Source: Opitutia bacterium (GTDB lineage: Bacteria > Verrucomicrobiota > Verrucomicrobiia > Opitutales > Seribacteraceae). From it: 64,000 bases of DNA. How positions within the stretch are numbered: the first letter of the stretch is position 1; the number at the start of each line of letters is the position of its first letter. The DNA is taken from contig PAZC01000020.1 in the NCBI GenBank assembly GCA_002716045.1, positions 165,220 to 229,219 on the forward strand. Reading direction: 5' to 3'. The position numbers and the translations under genes are program-made. Positions 46,463 through 57,800 of the stretch are shown here, piece by piece. The notes below the pieces were generated by a model that saw only the letters and a list, made by a program, of their open reading frames with translations, made no database searches and was not told the DNA's origin.

Positions 46463-46942
46463 ATGAAACTATCTAACTACCTCCTTTGCTTCGCGTCCCT
46501 GCTTGCCTTTTGCTTTGCCGCAACCGCCAAGCCGGATGCAAAGAAATTGCCTCGCACGCCATCACCCAAAGGGGCCAAGACCTATATCATCTTGCCCAAG
46601 GACGGCAAAACGGTGAAGCCCAAGTTCAAAGTGATCTTTGGACTCAAGGGAATGGGCGTTTGCCCAGCCGGCATAATAACGCCGGAAGGCAAGTCACCCG
46701 CCAACACGGGGCACCATCACTTGCTCATCGACATGGAGAAATTGCCCCCGATGGACCAGCCTCTGGCCGCCAGCGACAAGCTGAAGCACTTCGGCGGAGG
46801 GCAAACCGAGGCCTTGATTGAACTGAAGCCAGGCAAGCATACCTTGCAGCTGGTCTTCGCCGACTTCGCCCATATTCCGCACGACCCACCGGTGGTATCG
46901 GAAAAGGTAACCATCACGGTGGAAGCTCCGAAAAAGAAATAA
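46463..46942 (+). CDS. DUF4399 domain protein (secreted)
   Basis: 159 aa with a signal peptide and the family-typical GHHHLLID and HFGGGQTE motifs. Confidence 0.7.
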   Translation: MKLSNYLLCFASLLAFCFAATAKPDAKKLPRTPSPKGAKTYIILPKDGKTVKPKFKVIFGLKGMGVCPAGIITPEGKSPANTGHHHLLIDMEKLPPMDQPLAASDKLKHFGGGQTEALIELKPGKHTLQLVFADFAHIPHDPPVVSEKVTITVEAPKKK

Positions 46943-46967
46943 GCTTTAGGCAATTCGCCTTACGAAG

Positions 46968-46994
46968 CCTCCGGCCTCAGGGTCGGAGGTTTTT
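46968..46994 (+). terminator. Rho-independent terminator after the DUF4399 gene
   Basis: Stem cctccggcc / ggtcggagg (one G-U pair) with loop tcag, followed by TTTTT (46990-46994). Confidence 0.65.
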
Positions 46995-48457
46995 CATTTC
47001 TTCTTCGGCTTGCGCTTTTTTGCGGGAGCCTGCGGATCGTAATTCGGGTTGGGCACGGGCATTTTGGCTCTCATTCTCTTTTGCCAAGCAACGAGCTTGC
47101 CTTGCAGTTCCTTTGTTTTTTCGGGATTTGCCTTGGACAGGTCTTTCTTCTCCGAGGGATCCGTTGCCAAATTATATAGCTCGACTGTATCATAGTGGTA
47201 GAAGGCAATCAGTTTCCAGTCACCGTCGCGAATAGAGGCACCCGGCTTCCAAGTCGATCCATGGTAATGAGGATAGTGCCAGTAGAGTGGACGAGGCTTC
47301 CCTGCCCCACCCTTCAACTCGGGCATAAGACTACGGCCATCAGAGTGCAGCTTTGGCTTGAGAGGAAGACCGGCCAAATGAAGCATGGTGGGAAAGAAAT
47401 CCATGCTGACGACAGGTTCGTCGGAACTGCTGCCAGGCTTCGTAATGCCGGGGGCGCGGATGATTGTCGGTTCACGCACGCCGCCTTCATAAAGCCATCC
47501 CTTTCCTGCCCGAAGCGGCGAGTTGCAACCTGGTCCTGGTCCACGCAAAGTACTTAGGCCGCCATTGTCGCTGAAGAATATGACCACCGTGTCATCGGCT
47601 AGCTTGAGCTCGTCCAGCTTGTCCAGCAAAGAGCCCACGCTGTCGTCCACGGCGGCAACCATGGATGCGAGGGCCGCATTGTCCTGACGCATGCGTGTGT
47701 TGCCTTCGTGTTCCTTACTCACGGGGGTAGTTCCCTCAAAGGTCTTCTCAGCCTTGGCCTTGTAGTGGTCGATGCGTTTCTTGTAAGGTTGGATCGGAGT
47801 ATGAATGTTGTAATAGGAGAGATACAGCAGGAAAGGTTTCTTGCTGTTTCGTTTCTCGATGAACTTGATGGATTCCTCGGTCAGGCGTTCAGTAAGATAT
47901 TCGCCAGGCTTCTTGGCTTTGAGGGCGGGATTCGTCCAAGGGGCATAATAACCGCCCGGCGGTGACCCTCTGTGGTGGCCACCGACATTGACGTCGAATC
48001 CCTGGTCCTCGGGCCAGTGACCCTCGCTCCCTAAATGCCACTTGCCGGCAAAGAAAGTCTGGTAGCCATGCCCCTTCAGTTCCTCGGCAATGGTCACTTC
48101 TTCATGAGCCAAGTTATTGCGGTCCTGCGGATGAAGAAGCTTGTTTCGGTTGTTGTTGGACTGGCCGGGAATCCAGTCAGTGATGTCGACCCGCACGGGA
48201 TGCCGTCCCGTCATGATGCTGGACCGGGTAGGCGAACATACGGGACAAGCCGCGTACCCATTGGAGAACTTCATACCGGTGGCAGCCAGTTTGTCGATGT
48301 TGGGCGTCTCATGAAAAGTGCTGCCATTGGCTCCTATGTCTGCCCAACCCATGTCATCGACCAAAAAGAAAACGAAGTTGGTTGGTTTCTTGGCGGCGAA
48401 AGCGGTACAGCTAACGACCAATGAAAGAAGAAAGAAGGATTTGATTAGGTGTTTCAT
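46994..48457 (-). CDS. Formylglycine-dependent sulfatase
   Basis: FFLVDDMGW and [11 protein letters not shown] motifs. Start trimmed to the ATG at 48457 ([21 protein letters not shown]). Confidence 0.9.
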   Translation of the reverse strand: MKHLIKSFFLLSLVVSCTAFAAKKPTNFVFFLVDDMGWADIGANGSTFHETPNIDKLAATGMKFSNGYAACPVCSPTRSSIMTGRHPVRVDITDWIPGQSNNNRNKLLHPQDRNNLAHEEVTIAEELKGHGYQTFFAGKWHLGSEGHWPEDQGFDVNVGGHHRGSPPGGYYAPWTNPALKAKKPGEYLTERLTEESIKFIEKRNSKKPFLLYLSYYNIHTPIQPYKKRIDHYKAKAEKTFEGTTPVSKEHEGNTRMRQDNAALASMVAAVDDSVGSLLDKLDELKLADDTVVIFFSDNGGLSTLRGPGPGCNSPLRAGKGWLYEGGVREPTIIRAPGITKPGSSSDEPVVSMDFFPTMLHLAGLPLKPKLHSDGRSLMPELKGGAGKPRPLYWHYPHYHGSTWKPGASIRDGDWKLIAFYHYDTVELYNLATDPSEKKDLSKANPEKTKELQGKLVAWQKRMRAKMPVPNPNYDPQAPAKKRKPKKK

Positions 48458-48482
48458 GAAATGAGAAGGTGGAAGGCTTGGA

Positions 48483-49976
48483 TTACTGGTTGCCGGCAGG
48501 CTTAGGCTTCTTGGGCTTCGAAATATCTCGAACTTGCGGAACAGGTGGCCTGGAGGGTCGTTGACCGATAAAATCGAAGAAGCGCATGTTCTCTCCAACC
48601 TGATCGAAATCGCCCAAGTCCTTCCGCATGTCCTGAGCCAACCCAAGCAGCTTCTTGACTATATCCGGATGTTGTTCGGCAAGGTTGGTGGTCTCGCCCA
48701 AGTCTTTGTCCAAATCGACGAGGAAAGGATCCTTGAAGCCCACGCGATCAACGGGCGCAATGTGCCGGTTGACGAGAAAAGGCGCTGTGCCGGGTTGCAT
48801 TTTCTGCCGTGGCAAATGCAACTTCCATTTGCCCTGTCGGACGGCCTGCAGGTGCACCCTAAGGTAATAGTGGAATGCCTTGTCCGGATTCGCCTGGTCG
48901 AATTCACCATGAAAAAGGTGGGCGACGTCTTCACCGTCGATGACGCGATCCTGGGGCAACTCAGCCCCGGCCAAGGCCGCGAAGGTGGGCAGAACGTCCA
49001 ATGTGCTGGCAATCTTGTCGCAGGTAACTCCTGCAGGAACCCGCCCGGGTCCCCAAAGGACGGTGGGCACACGCACACCGCCCTCGAAGGTGGAAACTTT
49101 GCCGCTCCTCAAGGGACCTGCCGAGCCGCCATGGTCGCGGGGCAAACTGCCATCTTGATGATCCTTGTTCTTGATCAGCCAAGGACCGTTGTCGCTGGTG
49201 AAGAGAACGTAAGTGTTCTTCGAGAGGCCCATCCCCTCAACCGCATCCAGTATTCGTCCGACGTTGAAGTCTATCTCCTCGATGACGTCGCCGTACAGTC
49301 CCCGCTTGCTCTTTCCCTTGAACTGGGCCGTGGCGTCCAAGCGAGTGTGCGGCATGGTGTGTGGAAGGTAGACAAAGAACGGCTTGTTTTTGTTCTTCTT
49401 CATGAAGGCGATCGCCTCGTCGGTGTAGCGCTTGGTCAAGGGAGCCATATTGGTCTTCGGCTCAATCAGTTTTTCATTCCGATAGAGGTTGACCACGGCA
49501 TCGTTGCTGGTCGGGGTGCCGAAGAAATAATCAAAGCCCTGTCGGGTGGGGAAAAGGTCGATGAAGAAGCCCCTTTGAGCATGCTTGGCCAAATCCCATT
49601 TGCCGAAACAGGCAGTTGCATAATCTTTCGTTTTCAACACTTCGGCGATGGTGATCTCTTTGGCGTGTAGTATGGGGTGGACGTTCTTGACGGTCCCCCG
49701 TTCCGCTACCCGCATGGGTTGACAACCTGTCATGATGGCCGCCCGGGAGGGCCCGCAGATGGGTTGAGCGTAAAAACTTGTGAACCTCATGCCCTCCTTG
49801 GCCATGCCGTCGATGCGGGGAGTCCGAATGTCCTTGGAACCAAAGCAACCCGCGTCGCCGTATCCCATGTCGTCAGCGAAAATCACAACAAAATTGGGCG
49901 GGGCTGACTGGGCGAAGGTAATTCCAGCGACAGTCAGCCATCCGACAAGCCCGAGTGAACGCCATAAGAAGTACAT
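48483..49976 (-). CDS. Formylglycine-dependent sulfatase
   Basis: [11 protein letters not shown] and [11 protein letters not shown] motifs, with a signal peptide from the ATG at 49976. Confidence 0.9.
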   Translation of the reverse strand: MYFLWRSLGLVGWLTVAGITFAQSAPPNFVVIFADDMGYGDAGCFGSKDIRTPRIDGMAKEGMRFTSFYAQPICGPSRAAIMTGCQPMRVAERGTVKNVHPILHAKEITIAEVLKTKDYATACFGKWDLAKHAQRGFFIDLFPTRQGFDYFFGTPTSNDAVVNLYRNEKLIEPKTNMAPLTKRYTDEAIAFMKKNKNKPFFVYLPHTMPHTRLDATAQFKGKSKRGLYGDVIEEIDFNVGRILDAVEGMGLSKNTYVLFTSDNGPWLIKNKDHQDGSLPRDHGGSAGPLRSGKVSTFEGGVRVPTVLWGPGRVPAGVTCDKIASTLDVLPTFAALAGAELPQDRVIDGEDVAHLFHGEFDQANPDKAFHYYLRVHLQAVRQGKWKLHLPRQKMQPGTAPFLVNRHIAPVDRVGFKDPFLVDLDKDLGETTNLAEQHPDIVKKLLGLAQDMRKDLGDFDQVGENMRFFDFIGQRPSRPPVPQVRDISKPKKPKPAGNQ

Positions 49977-50049
49977 TTATTCCTTATGCATGAAAGCTTG
50001 CAGGTTGGCTAGCGAAAGCGATGCTCCGAGGAATGTTTGCTGTTTGGGA

Positions 50050-51324
50050 ATGAAGTTGTCGGAGAACAATCCGTTGAGGCGGACTGGGTATCGCTTCTTT
50101 ATGTTGTTTCACTTGGCTACCTCGATTGGAGGTGGCTTTCATTTCGTGGCCAGTCACTGGGTCCTGTATGATGAAACAAAGTCAGCCACGTCGACTGCCT
50201 GGCTAGTTCTCAGTTACCTGATGCCTTCTCTGGTTTTACTTCCTTTTTGCGGGGTACTGGCCGATTGCTGCAATCGCCGCAAGGTTTTGTTGCTTTCGAC
50301 CATCTATGTTTTGGCCTTGGACGTTCTCCTCGTCGTAATGATGGCGTGGGGTGCATTTCACCCTACTCACTTGTATGTTTACGCTGTGCTCATGACTTCG
50401 GGGAGCGCACTGTTCTGGACCACCTTGCCCGCATTTCTGAGAGAGCATTTGTCGAAGGCGGAACTACTCCATGCAAACAGCCTGAACACGGCTCTCATGC
50501 AGGGTGGGTACCTGCTTGGAGCGGGAGTGGCGGGAATATTGTACGGGCATCTCGGAGCAATTGGATCGTTTTCCGTGGCCGCAACAGGATTTGCCATCGC
50601 CGGATTCGGTTGGATTTTCATTCGCAGATGGTTCCCCGATTGCCCGCGCAAACCAAAGGGTAGTGTCGGGCTTCGGAGCTTTTTCAAGGAATTCGCGGAA
50701 GGTGTGGGCTATGCCCGGGCAAACAAACCCCTATTCTTTTATGCCCTGTTCGGATTAGCTCCCGGATATGCCGCCCATATGTCGAACGTATTGCTCGTCG
50801 GATTCAGTAGGGATTCCTTGCGCGCAGGATCGGAGGGATTCGGTCTATTGGACATGTCCTACGGGATCGGCGCCATGCTTTGTGGCTTGGTATTACCACT
50901 CTTTCTAAAAAGGTTCGGAATGCGACCCACTATGCCTACGATCGCATTGTTAGGTATCGCGACAAGCTGCATATTAGTCAGTTTCAGCCACTCCCTAGCT
51001 TTTGCAATGTTGTGTTTCGCGGGATTTGCCTTGTTTGCTCAAGTGGTCGGCATTCTAGCGAACACGACCTTGCAGCGGCAATGCAAGGAAGAGGTCTTGG
51101 GAAGATTGGTCAGTTTGGTCAATGTCGTGCAATACCTGTTGGCTCCCATCCTCGTTTGGGGACTGGGCATCTATGCGGCATCACCAAAAGGTCACCTTCT
51201 TCACGAAGACTCGCTACGCGACGGATTCGTCGCAGTCGCGATCTTCTTTCTACTTCTCGCAGCGGCAAGCCTCTTCGGAGCTTATCCCTTCCTAAAAAAC
51301 CAAAAGGAAGAAACAACGAATTAG
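50050..51324 (+). CDS. MFS transporter
   Basis: About 12 hydrophobic segments with MFS-like loop spacing. Start trimmed to the ATG at 50050 (MKLSENNPLRR...), past the divergent sulfatase gene. The ATG at 49990 is an alternative. Confidence 0.7.
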   Translation: MKLSENNPLRRTGYRFFMLFHLATSIGGGFHFVASHWVLYDETKSATSTAWLVLSYLMPSLVLLPFCGVLADCCNRRKVLLLSTIYVLALDVLLVVMMAWGAFHPTHLYVYAVLMTSGSALFWTTLPAFLREHLSKAELLHANSLNTALMQGGYLLGAGVAGILYGHLGAIGSFSVAATGFAIAGFGWIFIRRWFPDCPRKPKGSVGLRSFFKEFAEGVGYARANKPLFFYALFGLAPGYAAHMSNVLLVGFSRDSLRAGSEGFGLLDMSYGIGAMLCGLVLPLFLKRFGMRPTMPTIALLGIATSCILVSFSHSLAFAMLCFAGFALFAQVVGILANTTLQRQCKEEVLGRLVSLVNVVQYLLAPILVWGLGIYAASPKGHLLHEDSLRDGFVAVAIFFLLLAAASLFGAYPFLKNQKEETTN

Positions 51325-51430
51325 AATTTGCTGGAACCTATCTCGAGATTCAGTGGATTTGAGATCGCCGCTCAATTGATCGGGCGGAGTCCAGTTCTCG
51401 ACAGGATAGCCGTCCATCGCAAAGCGTGAC

Positions 51431-53764
51431 TCAGTCCAGAGGCTTTTGCTCGTAATCGCTTCGGTTGACCCAACCGGTTCCAGGGACTTTTTTGCCACCG
51501 AGATAGTTTTCATAATAGTTGTTCCATGGCCCGATGAAAGGATAGCCATCAAAAACAGCGGCTTTGCCGAACATGCGTGGATCGCCTTGCGCCTTCAACT
51601 CGGCGAAGAGTTGCTCGCGGAGTGATTTCTGCAAGGCCTCCAAGGCCTTTGTCCCAGCCAAGTTGCTCACACAGTCCGGATCTTTCTTTAGATCATAGAG
51701 TTCGTCAGCGGGCCGCTTGCCGAAATTCAACCGCCAGTACTTCGGGTTACCTGCTCGGCGTTGTTCGAGAAGCAAGGTCTTGGTGGGGCTGCCGTCACAG
51801 TTGAGGTAACCGGTTTCCGGATTGCCCCCGGGCCACCGGTCGGGCTCGAAGTTACGCAGATAGAGGATCTCTCCCTTGACGATTCCCCGAATGGGATAAC
51901 CGCCATTGTTCGGCCGGCCCACGTCATGACGCTCCTTTCCGATCAGAACATGGTCACGAGCCGCGATGACACGCCCTGACTTAGGCGAGGCAAAGACATC
52001 GAACAAACTACGACCGGTGGTGGCTTGCATGCCGGCCTGCTTGGCATCGATTCCAGCTGCCTGCAGGAAGGTCGGAGCGAAATCGGCAAAGCTAACGTAA
52101 TCCTCCACAATGCGTTTCTGTCCCTTGATGCCAGCTGGCCAACGGATGGCCAAGGGCACGTGATTGGAATAATCGTAGGCTTGTCCCTTGCACCTGGGAA
52201 AAGGCATGCCGTGATCGGAAGTGGCGACGACGAGCGTGTTCGCCGCTTGGCCACTTTTTTTCAAGGCCTCGAGAATGCGTCCGAGGTGGTGATCGTAGTG
52301 CTCCACCTCGACGGCGTAATCAAGCATGTCGTTTCGGATTTTCTCGGTATCTGGCCAAAAGGCGGGCACACGATCGATGTCGGACAGTTTCTTGCCCCGC
52401 TTCACCCCGATGCCGTATTCGTATCCCCGATGCGGTTCGCTTGTACCAAACCAAAAAGCCCATGGTTTCTCTGCCGGGGCAGCTTTCAGAAAATCCTCGA
52501 AATTGCCTGCATAATCGTTACCCGACATGGCCCGGGCAGGCGGCTTCGCCTTACGCTTGGAAAAGGATTGCCCGGTTAACTGGCGACCCTTGCCTTCCGC
52601 GTTTCGTGCTATGCCAGGCCCCCACCCTTTTCCGGTATAAGCCACGAAATAGCCGTTGTCGGCCAAGCCCTCGACGTAGCCCTTGAACTTGGCTGGAAAA
52701 AAATTCATGTGATTGGCGGCTTGCTCGAGTTGCCAGGAGTTCCTTCCCGTCAAGATAATGGCCCGGCAGGGGGCGCACTTGGCATTGGGGGTGTAGGCCC
52801 GGGTAAAGAGTATACCCTCCTCCGCCAAGCGGTCGAAGGCGGGTGTCTTGATCCATTTGGCACCATAAGCGCCCGCGTGACCGAAACTCCAGTCGTCGGC
52901 GATGGCAAAGAGGATGTTGGGGCGCTTTTGCTTTTTGGAAGCAACTTGTTTGGACGGAGCGAAATTCTCTAGGTAGGTCGCAGCATAACGGTCACCGAAT
53001 TCCCGAAATGCAGCCGCCGAGAAATGAACCTTGTCCCCCTTGTGGCCGAGGGCATCCGAGGAAATGAAGGCCGTTTTCTTCACCTTGTCGGGCAAAGCGC
53101 GGTGGGCAGCATCAACGAGCTTCTTGGCATCGTTCCATGGACGCTCCGCGAACTGCCCCATTTGGCCTGCGATGAATGGGACCTCCGGAGCATTCAATTC
53201 CTTGCGGAAACGAGAGATCAAGTCGTGCAACTTCTTTTCATAAATCTCGGCGAGACCAGGCTTCGAATCGGACTCGCCTTGATGCCAAAGAATGCCCTTC
53301 AGGACGCCATCCTTCATGGCGATCTTGGCTCGCTTGATGGCATCGTCCCATGGATAACTCTTGGTCTGGCCATGATACCCACCCGGCAGCCAAGTCGAAA
53401 TCGGTGAACCTCCTGCGGCGCACGGAATGAGTCCAACCGTCACCTCCGAATTGTTTTCCGCCAAGCGGATGCCGAAAGCTTTGCCTAGCCCGGTGCCAGC
53501 GAACGGTTTGTCAAAGTGCAGGGGATCGACTGCAGGAACCCATGCGTTCCTCTTGTCCAGCATGAGAAGTCGTGGGTGAGGCTTCTTGTCCTCTGCCTCC
53601 ACTTTGCCGCGCCCCGCCATGTTCGACTGCCCAACCAAAAGATAAAGGTGGAACTGTTCCTTGGAGGCAGGTTTGCCTACGTTGTCAGCGAACCCGAATT
53701 GGCTGGTTGCAAGACATCCCAAGAAAAGAAGGATGGATAAGCAGGAACTTGGTAGAATTCTCAT
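51431..53764 (-). CDS. Fusion protein: SASA/DUF303-type (sialate O-acetylesterase-like) esterase + sulfatase
   Basis: Signal peptide. The esterase module has [11 protein letters not shown] and [10 protein letters not shown] (aa ~35-265, nt 52970-53662). The sulfatase module has [11 protein letters not shown] and [11 protein letters not shown] (C-A-P-C-R at 52763-52777). Confidence 0.85.
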   Translation of the reverse strand: MRILPSSCLSILLFLGCLATSQFGFADNVGKPASKEQFHLYLLVGQSNMAGRGKVEAEDKKPHPRLLMLDKRNAWVPAVDPLHFDKPFAGTGLGKAFGIRLAENNSEVTVGLIPCAAGGSPISTWLPGGYHGQTKSYPWDDAIKRAKIAMKDGVLKGILWHQGESDSKPGLAEIYEKKLHDLISRFRKELNAPEVPFIAGQMGQFAERPWNDAKKLVDAAHRALPDKVKKTAFISSDALGHKGDKVHFSAAAFREFGDRYAATYLENFAPSKQVASKKQKRPNILFAIADDWSFGHAGAYGAKWIKTPAFDRLAEEGILFTRAYTPNAKCAPCRAIILTGRNSWQLEQAANHMNFFPAKFKGYVEGLADNGYFVAYTGKGWGPGIARNAEGKGRQLTGQSFSKRKAKPPARAMSGNDYAGNFEDFLKAAPAEKPWAFWFGTSEPHRGYEYGIGVKRGKKLSDIDRVPAFWPDTEKIRNDMLDYAVEVEHYDHHLGRILEALKKSGQAANTLVVATSDHGMPFPRCKGQAYDYSNHVPLAIRWPAGIKGQKRIVEDYVSFADFAPTFLQAAGIDAKQAGMQATTGRSLFDVFASPKSGRVIAARDHVLIGKERHDVGRPNNGGYPIRGIVKGEILYLRNFEPDRWPGGNPETGYLNCDGSPTKTLLLEQRRAGNPKYWRLNFGKRPADELYDLKKDPDCVSNLAGTKALEALQKSLREQLFAELKAQGDPRMFGKAAVFDGYPFIGPWNNYYENYLGGKKVPGTGWVNRSDYEQKPLD

Positions 53765-53994
53765 GACAAGTTAAGGATCATACAAAAATCACTTTTTTTT
53801 CCAAACGAAAGGAAGTACACGCTGCATGAGGTGTATCCTTTCATTGCCATTCTTTAGTTTGGGACCGGGCGTGACTCGACCGTTGGCAACTTGGACGTGG
53901 AGCAAATCGATCAAGCGTTTCATAAAACCGAGGATTGCGCGTTTGAAGGAATCCGCAAAGGGCAATCTTCCAAAAAATTCTCTCCTAACAACAT

Positions 53995-54690
53995 TTAACC
54001 CATGGCCTCGCAAAAGGCTTGGGTCAAAACTTGCGGTCGAGTGATGGCCGTCCCCACCACCACGGCATGGGCGCCGTGCAGCAAAGCCTCGGCGGCTTGA
54101 GCGGGTGTGGATATACGTCCTTCCGCGACAATCGGCCGGGTATCTCCAAAATAACTGGCAAGCCGCTCAACTAAGTCGAAGTCTGGACCGCTATCTTCAG
54201 CGGAGGACTCACCTACGTAGCCCGAAAGTGTGGTGGCCACGAAATCAAAACCTAACTCAGCCGCGTGGACTGCTTCCTCAAAATTGCTCACGTCAGCCAT
54301 TAGCAAAGCGGAACTTTCTGCCCTCGCTTGGCTGAAGATATCATGCAGAGATTGATTACCGGGACGCTGCCGAGCGGTGGCGTCAAGCGCCACGATCTCA
54401 GCACCTGCATCGGAAACTGCGAGAACATCTTCGAGGCGAGGCGTTATATGAATATCGCAATCTGGTAGAGAACGCTTCCAGATACCTATGACCGGAACCT
54501 CGGTCCTTTCGCGAATTGCCCGGACATTATCCGGCCCATCCGCCCGAATCGCCACGGCACCACCCGCAACAACGGCCTCGGCAATCGACGCAAGCACCTC
54601 GGGAGACTCAAGAGAAGGAGAAGGAGGCGCCTGACAGGACACGATCAAGCCGCCTTTCAATTTATCCATCAAGTCACGTTTGCCTGCCAT
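53995..54690 (-). CDS. nanE: N-acetylmannosamine-6-phosphate 2-epimerase
   Basis: NanE-typical N-terminus (KLKGGLIVSCQA) and overall collinearity with E. coli NanE as I recall it. The ORF-track start at 54738 is a TTG, so I use the ATG at 54690. The ATG at 54669 is also possible. Confidence 0.8.
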   Translation of the reverse strand: MAGKRDLMDKLKGGLIVSCQAPPSPSLESPEVLASIAEAVVAGGAVAIRADGPDNVRAIRERTEVPVIGIWKRSLPDCDIHITPRLEDVLAVSDAGAEIVALDATARQRPGNQSLHDIFSQARAESSALLMADVSNFEEAVHAAELGFDFVATTLSGYVGESSAEDSGPDFDLVERLASYFGDTRPIVAEGRISTPAQAAEALLHGAHAVVVGTAITRPQVLTQAFCEAMG

Positions 54691-54757
54691 CGAAGAAATA
54701 GTCTGCGGCGAACTTTGTCGTTGGTCAACGCAAGGCAATGCGTAATCCTAGAATCAA

Positions 54758-55672
54758 ATGACGCGTTTTTTGATTTTTTGCTTACCCTTCGTCTCAACCC
54801 TTGCAGACGATCCACAGCAATTATCCCCGGCACAACCCTCTCCCGAGGCAATGGCCGCAAAGTTGGGCATCCGCCTGCCACCTCGACCATGGCACATGGC
54901 AGACGTGTGGTGGAACTTCCCGAAAACAACCCCCAACTTCAAGAAGCTTGAGGTCGAGGTCACCATCGACCGAGACATACCCGACACCTACAACCTCTAC
55001 GTTGCTCCCATAGGCATAGCTCGAATCAACGGCATCGACTTCTATGGAGGCCTCCAGACAAACGTAAATGGATGGGCCAGCAAAACAAGCCGCACTCGAG
55101 TCCATCCAGGGATGGGCGCTATCTTTTCACGTTGGGCCAAGGATAAAAAAACACCCTTGAGCTTGGATAACGTGCGCACAGTGAAAGGCGGTCTCTGTGA
55201 AAGCGCTGGGTACGAAGGCTCCTTTTGCAGTGTGCGGCGACCATTCAAATGGGGCAAGGGAAGCTACGTCTACTCCATTGAGAAAGGGAAAAAAGAAGGA
55301 GAAAAAACTTGGTTTGATTGCCGCGTACTGGTTAAGGAAACTGGCAAATCAATAGATGTGGGAGGACTGCTCTTCGAGGGTAAGGACTTCACCTTTTGGT
55401 CGACCCATGCCGCGTTCGTGGAAATCTATGCCACCTCCAAGATTCCACGCTCCGGCATCCCCAAAGTCAACGTCACCTTCGGCTATCCTTTGATTAATGG
55501 GAAGAAGCCTGATTTCCGATATGCCAGCGCCTACCATCCAACTACCGGAGGAGCGGGAAGTCCGTCCTGTGCAAAAGCCCGGGCAGAAGGAGACAAAGTG
55601 GTGGTGGAGGTTGGCCCGATCTTTCTTCGCCCCTCTTCAGGAAATCGCTACTCCCTGAAGATCAAGCCGTAA
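54758..55672 (+). CDS. Hypothetical secreted protein (possibly DUF3472-like)
   Basis: 304 aa with a signal peptide (MTRFLIFCLPFVSTLA). The FYGGLQ...IFSRW pattern resembles DUF3472 as I remember it. The family call is tentative. Confidence 0.5.
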   Translation: MTRFLIFCLPFVSTLADDPQQLSPAQPSPEAMAAKLGIRLPPRPWHMADVWWNFPKTTPNFKKLEVEVTIDRDIPDTYNLYVAPIGIARINGIDFYGGLQTNVNGWASKTSRTRVHPGMGAIFSRWAKDKKTPLSLDNVRTVKGGLCESAGYEGSFCSVRRPFKWGKGSYVYSIEKGKKEGEKTWFDCRVLVKETGKSIDVGGLLFEGKDFTFWSTHAAFVEIYATSKIPRSGIPKVNVTFGYPLINGKKPDFRYASAYHPTTGGAGSPSCAKARAEGDKVVVEVGPIFLRPSSGNRYSLKIKP

Positions 55673-55693
55673 AAGGATCCAGCGGGCCGTCGG

Positions 55694-56395
55694 TCAAATA
55701 GGCCCCCAGATCTTGCGCATCAAGGCATAGGTTTCGGGGTCATGCTCCTTGAGCTCGGCACGCACGAAAGGATAGAAGTCGTTTACCCCGAGATAGGACT
55801 CGGTCATCTCGGCGAAGAATTCCTTGTGATTGGTTCGGGCGTAATGTTTGACCTTGCGCCCAGAAAACAAAAGTACCCGCTCGTAAAGTCCCTTTTTCTC
55901 GGATGCCTGATAGACCTTGATGATCTCCTTGTTGTCGAAGCTCAGAATCTGGTCGTGATAGGCGTGAGCCAGTTCGTGCAAAATGACATAAGGATGCTTG
56001 GCCCAAGTACCGCGACTGATCAAGGACTGTGCCCGAGGGAGATGGACACGCTTCTCCAACTTCGGATCATACCCATTAGCAATTAGCCACCTACGACTAG
56101 GATGGTACTGCATGTTGCCAAGCTCGTGTTTCAGGTCGAGGCGAATGGGCAAGGTCTGCAGCACCTTCACTTTGTCTTCATGCAAGATATACTTGATTCG
56201 TTGCAGGTGGTTGGCCAATGCCTTGGTCACTTCTTCATTGAACTCCTTGTTCTCCTCGGTGAGCAACTGGGGGTCGTATTCAATCGTCCAGCCCTCGACG
56301 TCTTTCTCCACTGGGACGTAAAATTTCTTGGCCTCCTTGGAAAAAGACGGAAGGACAAGACAACTGAGAAGAAGTAAGGAGAATAAAGGTTTCAT
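55694..56395 (-). CDS. Secreted putative zinc metallopeptidase (HExxH)
   Basis: Signal peptide from the ATG at 56395 (MKPLFSLLLLSCLVLPSFS). It has the ILHELAHAYHD motif plus a downstream EFFAE that could supply the third ligand (gluzincin-like). The ORF-track start at 56431 is a TTG. Confidence 0.6.
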   Translation of the reverse strand: MKPLFSLLLLSCLVLPSFSKEAKKFYVPVEKDVEGWTIEYDPQLLTEENKEFNEEVTKALANHLQRIKYILHEDKVKVLQTLPIRLDLKHELGNMQYHPSRRWLIANGYDPKLEKRVHLPRAQSLISRGTWAKHPYVILHELAHAYHDQILSFDNKEIIKVYQASEKKGLYERVLLFSGRKVKHYARTNHKEFFAEMTESYLGVNDFYPFVRAELKEHDPETYALMRKIWGPI

Positions 56396-56473
56396 GGGAA
56401 GCAGGATTATGGCGAAGAGGAAAGCGATCAAGAAAAGACCATGGAGAGAGACAAAAAGTTTCTCGAAGGCAGC

Positions 56474-57787
56474 TTATTCTAGCTCGTCGATAATTTCCTT
56501 TATGCGAGCCGCTAACTTGGGATGGTCTTTGGCCACGTCATTTTCCTCGCCCAAATCTTCGTCCAAGTCATAGAGAGCCAAGTCTTTGTTTGTTTGCACT
56601 CCTTTCCATTGGCCCATGCGGACTGCGCGGAACCCGCTCCAGCGCCAAAAGAGGTATTCGTGCTTCTTCTGCTTTGCCTTTTGTCCAAGCAAGGTGGGCG
56701 CGAATGAAATACCATCTATGTCCGTGGGTATTTCAGCGCCGCCCAGTTCACAGGCAGTGGGCAACCAGTCCCAAAAGGCGGAAGGGAGATCCGTGACGCC
56801 CGGTTTCACCGTACCAGGCCACCAAGCGATCATGGGAACACGGATACCGCCGTCGTGGAGAGATCTCTTGTAGCCCTTCAGCTCGCCGTTCGAATTAAAG
56901 AAATCCACCTTGTGTCCACCTTCTTGGTGCGGCCCGTTGTCCGACGTAAAGACCAACAGGGTACGCTTCTCGATTCCTAATTTCTTGAGCAAGTCGATGA
57001 TCTTGCCGGTGTCCTCATCCATCAAAGTGACCATGGCGGCGAAACCCTTCTCGGGATTGGGCCAGTCACGATCCGCGTAGATGCCGTAGTCGGGCACTTC
57101 CTGACCGTCCTTCTCCACTCGCCCGGCCTCGTTGTTTGTGTGAGGAATGGTCCAAGTTAGGTTAAGGTAGAACGGCTTTGCCTTGTTACGTTCGATGAAG
57201 ACGAGTGCCTCCTCCGTGATCCGTGTATGGGCATAGGTTACTTTCTTCGAGGATACGTTCCGTTGCCCGCTGTTGACGTTGCCAGGCAAACGCTCGGCCT
57301 TCTCGTTGCGGAAGAGGAATTCTGGATAATAATCGTGGGCGGCGCCTTGATCGAGATAGCCATAGAAGAAATCGAACCCCTGGTTGTTGGGGTGCCCGCT
57401 GGTGCCAACGTTGCCGAGGGCCCATTTGCCTATCCCCGCGGTTACGTAACCGGCCTCCTTGAGTAGGGAGGTCACGGTCTTGGTTCCCTTGGGCAAGACG
57501 TGCATGTTATTGCCCGCAATCGCCGTGTGTCCCGTGTGCTTGCCCGTGAGGAACACGAGGCGCGAGGGACGGCATACGGTATGACCAGCGTAATGATCGG
57601 TGAAACGCAGGCCTTCCTTGGCCATTTGGTCCAGGCGAGGAGTCTTGACCTCTTTCTGACCATAGCTACCCAAGTCACCGTAACCAAGGTCATCGGAAAC
57701 GATGTATATGATGTTCGGCTTGTCATGCGCGGCATGGAGCGAACCTATCAGGAGGAGGAAAAAGGCAAGGGTTATGATTTTCTTCAT
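56474..57787 (-). CDS. Formylglycine-dependent sulfatase
   Basis: YIVSDDLGYGD and CRPSRLVFLTG motifs. Start trimmed to the ATG at 57787 (MKKIITLAFFLLLIGSLHA). Confidence 0.9.
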   Translation of the reverse strand: MKKIITLAFFLLLIGSLHAAHDKPNIIYIVSDDLGYGDLGSYGQKEVKTPRLDQMAKEGLRFTDHYAGHTVCRPSRLVFLTGKHTGHTAIAGNNMHVLPKGTKTVTSLLKEAGYVTAGIGKWALGNVGTSGHPNNQGFDFFYGYLDQGAAHDYYPEFLFRNEKAERLPGNVNSGQRNVSSKKVTYAHTRITEEALVFIERNKAKPFYLNLTWTIPHTNNEAGRVEKDGQEVPDYGIYADRDWPNPEKGFAAMVTLMDEDTGKIIDLLKKLGIEKRTLLVFTSDNGPHQEGGHKVDFFNSNGELKGYKRSLHDGGIRVPMIAWWPGTVKPGVTDLPSAFWDWLPTACELGGAEIPTDIDGISFAPTLLGQKAKQKKHEYLFWRWSGFRAVRMGQWKGVQTNKDLALYDLDEDLGEENDVAKDHPKLAARIKEIIDELE

Positions 57788-57800
57788 TCGTGAATTTGTT

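Noticed and set aside
48534-49670. 378-aa plus-strand ORF
   Set aside because: It is antisense to a sulfatase gene that has clear active-site motifs. Its composition is shadow-ORF-like and it has no recognisable features.
53765-53994. 230-nt spacer between nanE and the esterase-sulfatase gene, containing two small ORFs (74 aa on the minus strand, 72 aa on the plus strand) and an imperfect hairpin (about 53930-53969)
   Set aside because: The small ORFs overlap each other on opposite strands and have no motif. The hairpin is imperfect with only a weak U-tract. I consider this an ordinary terminator/promoter spacer, and I cannot support an sRNA or riboswitch call by eye.
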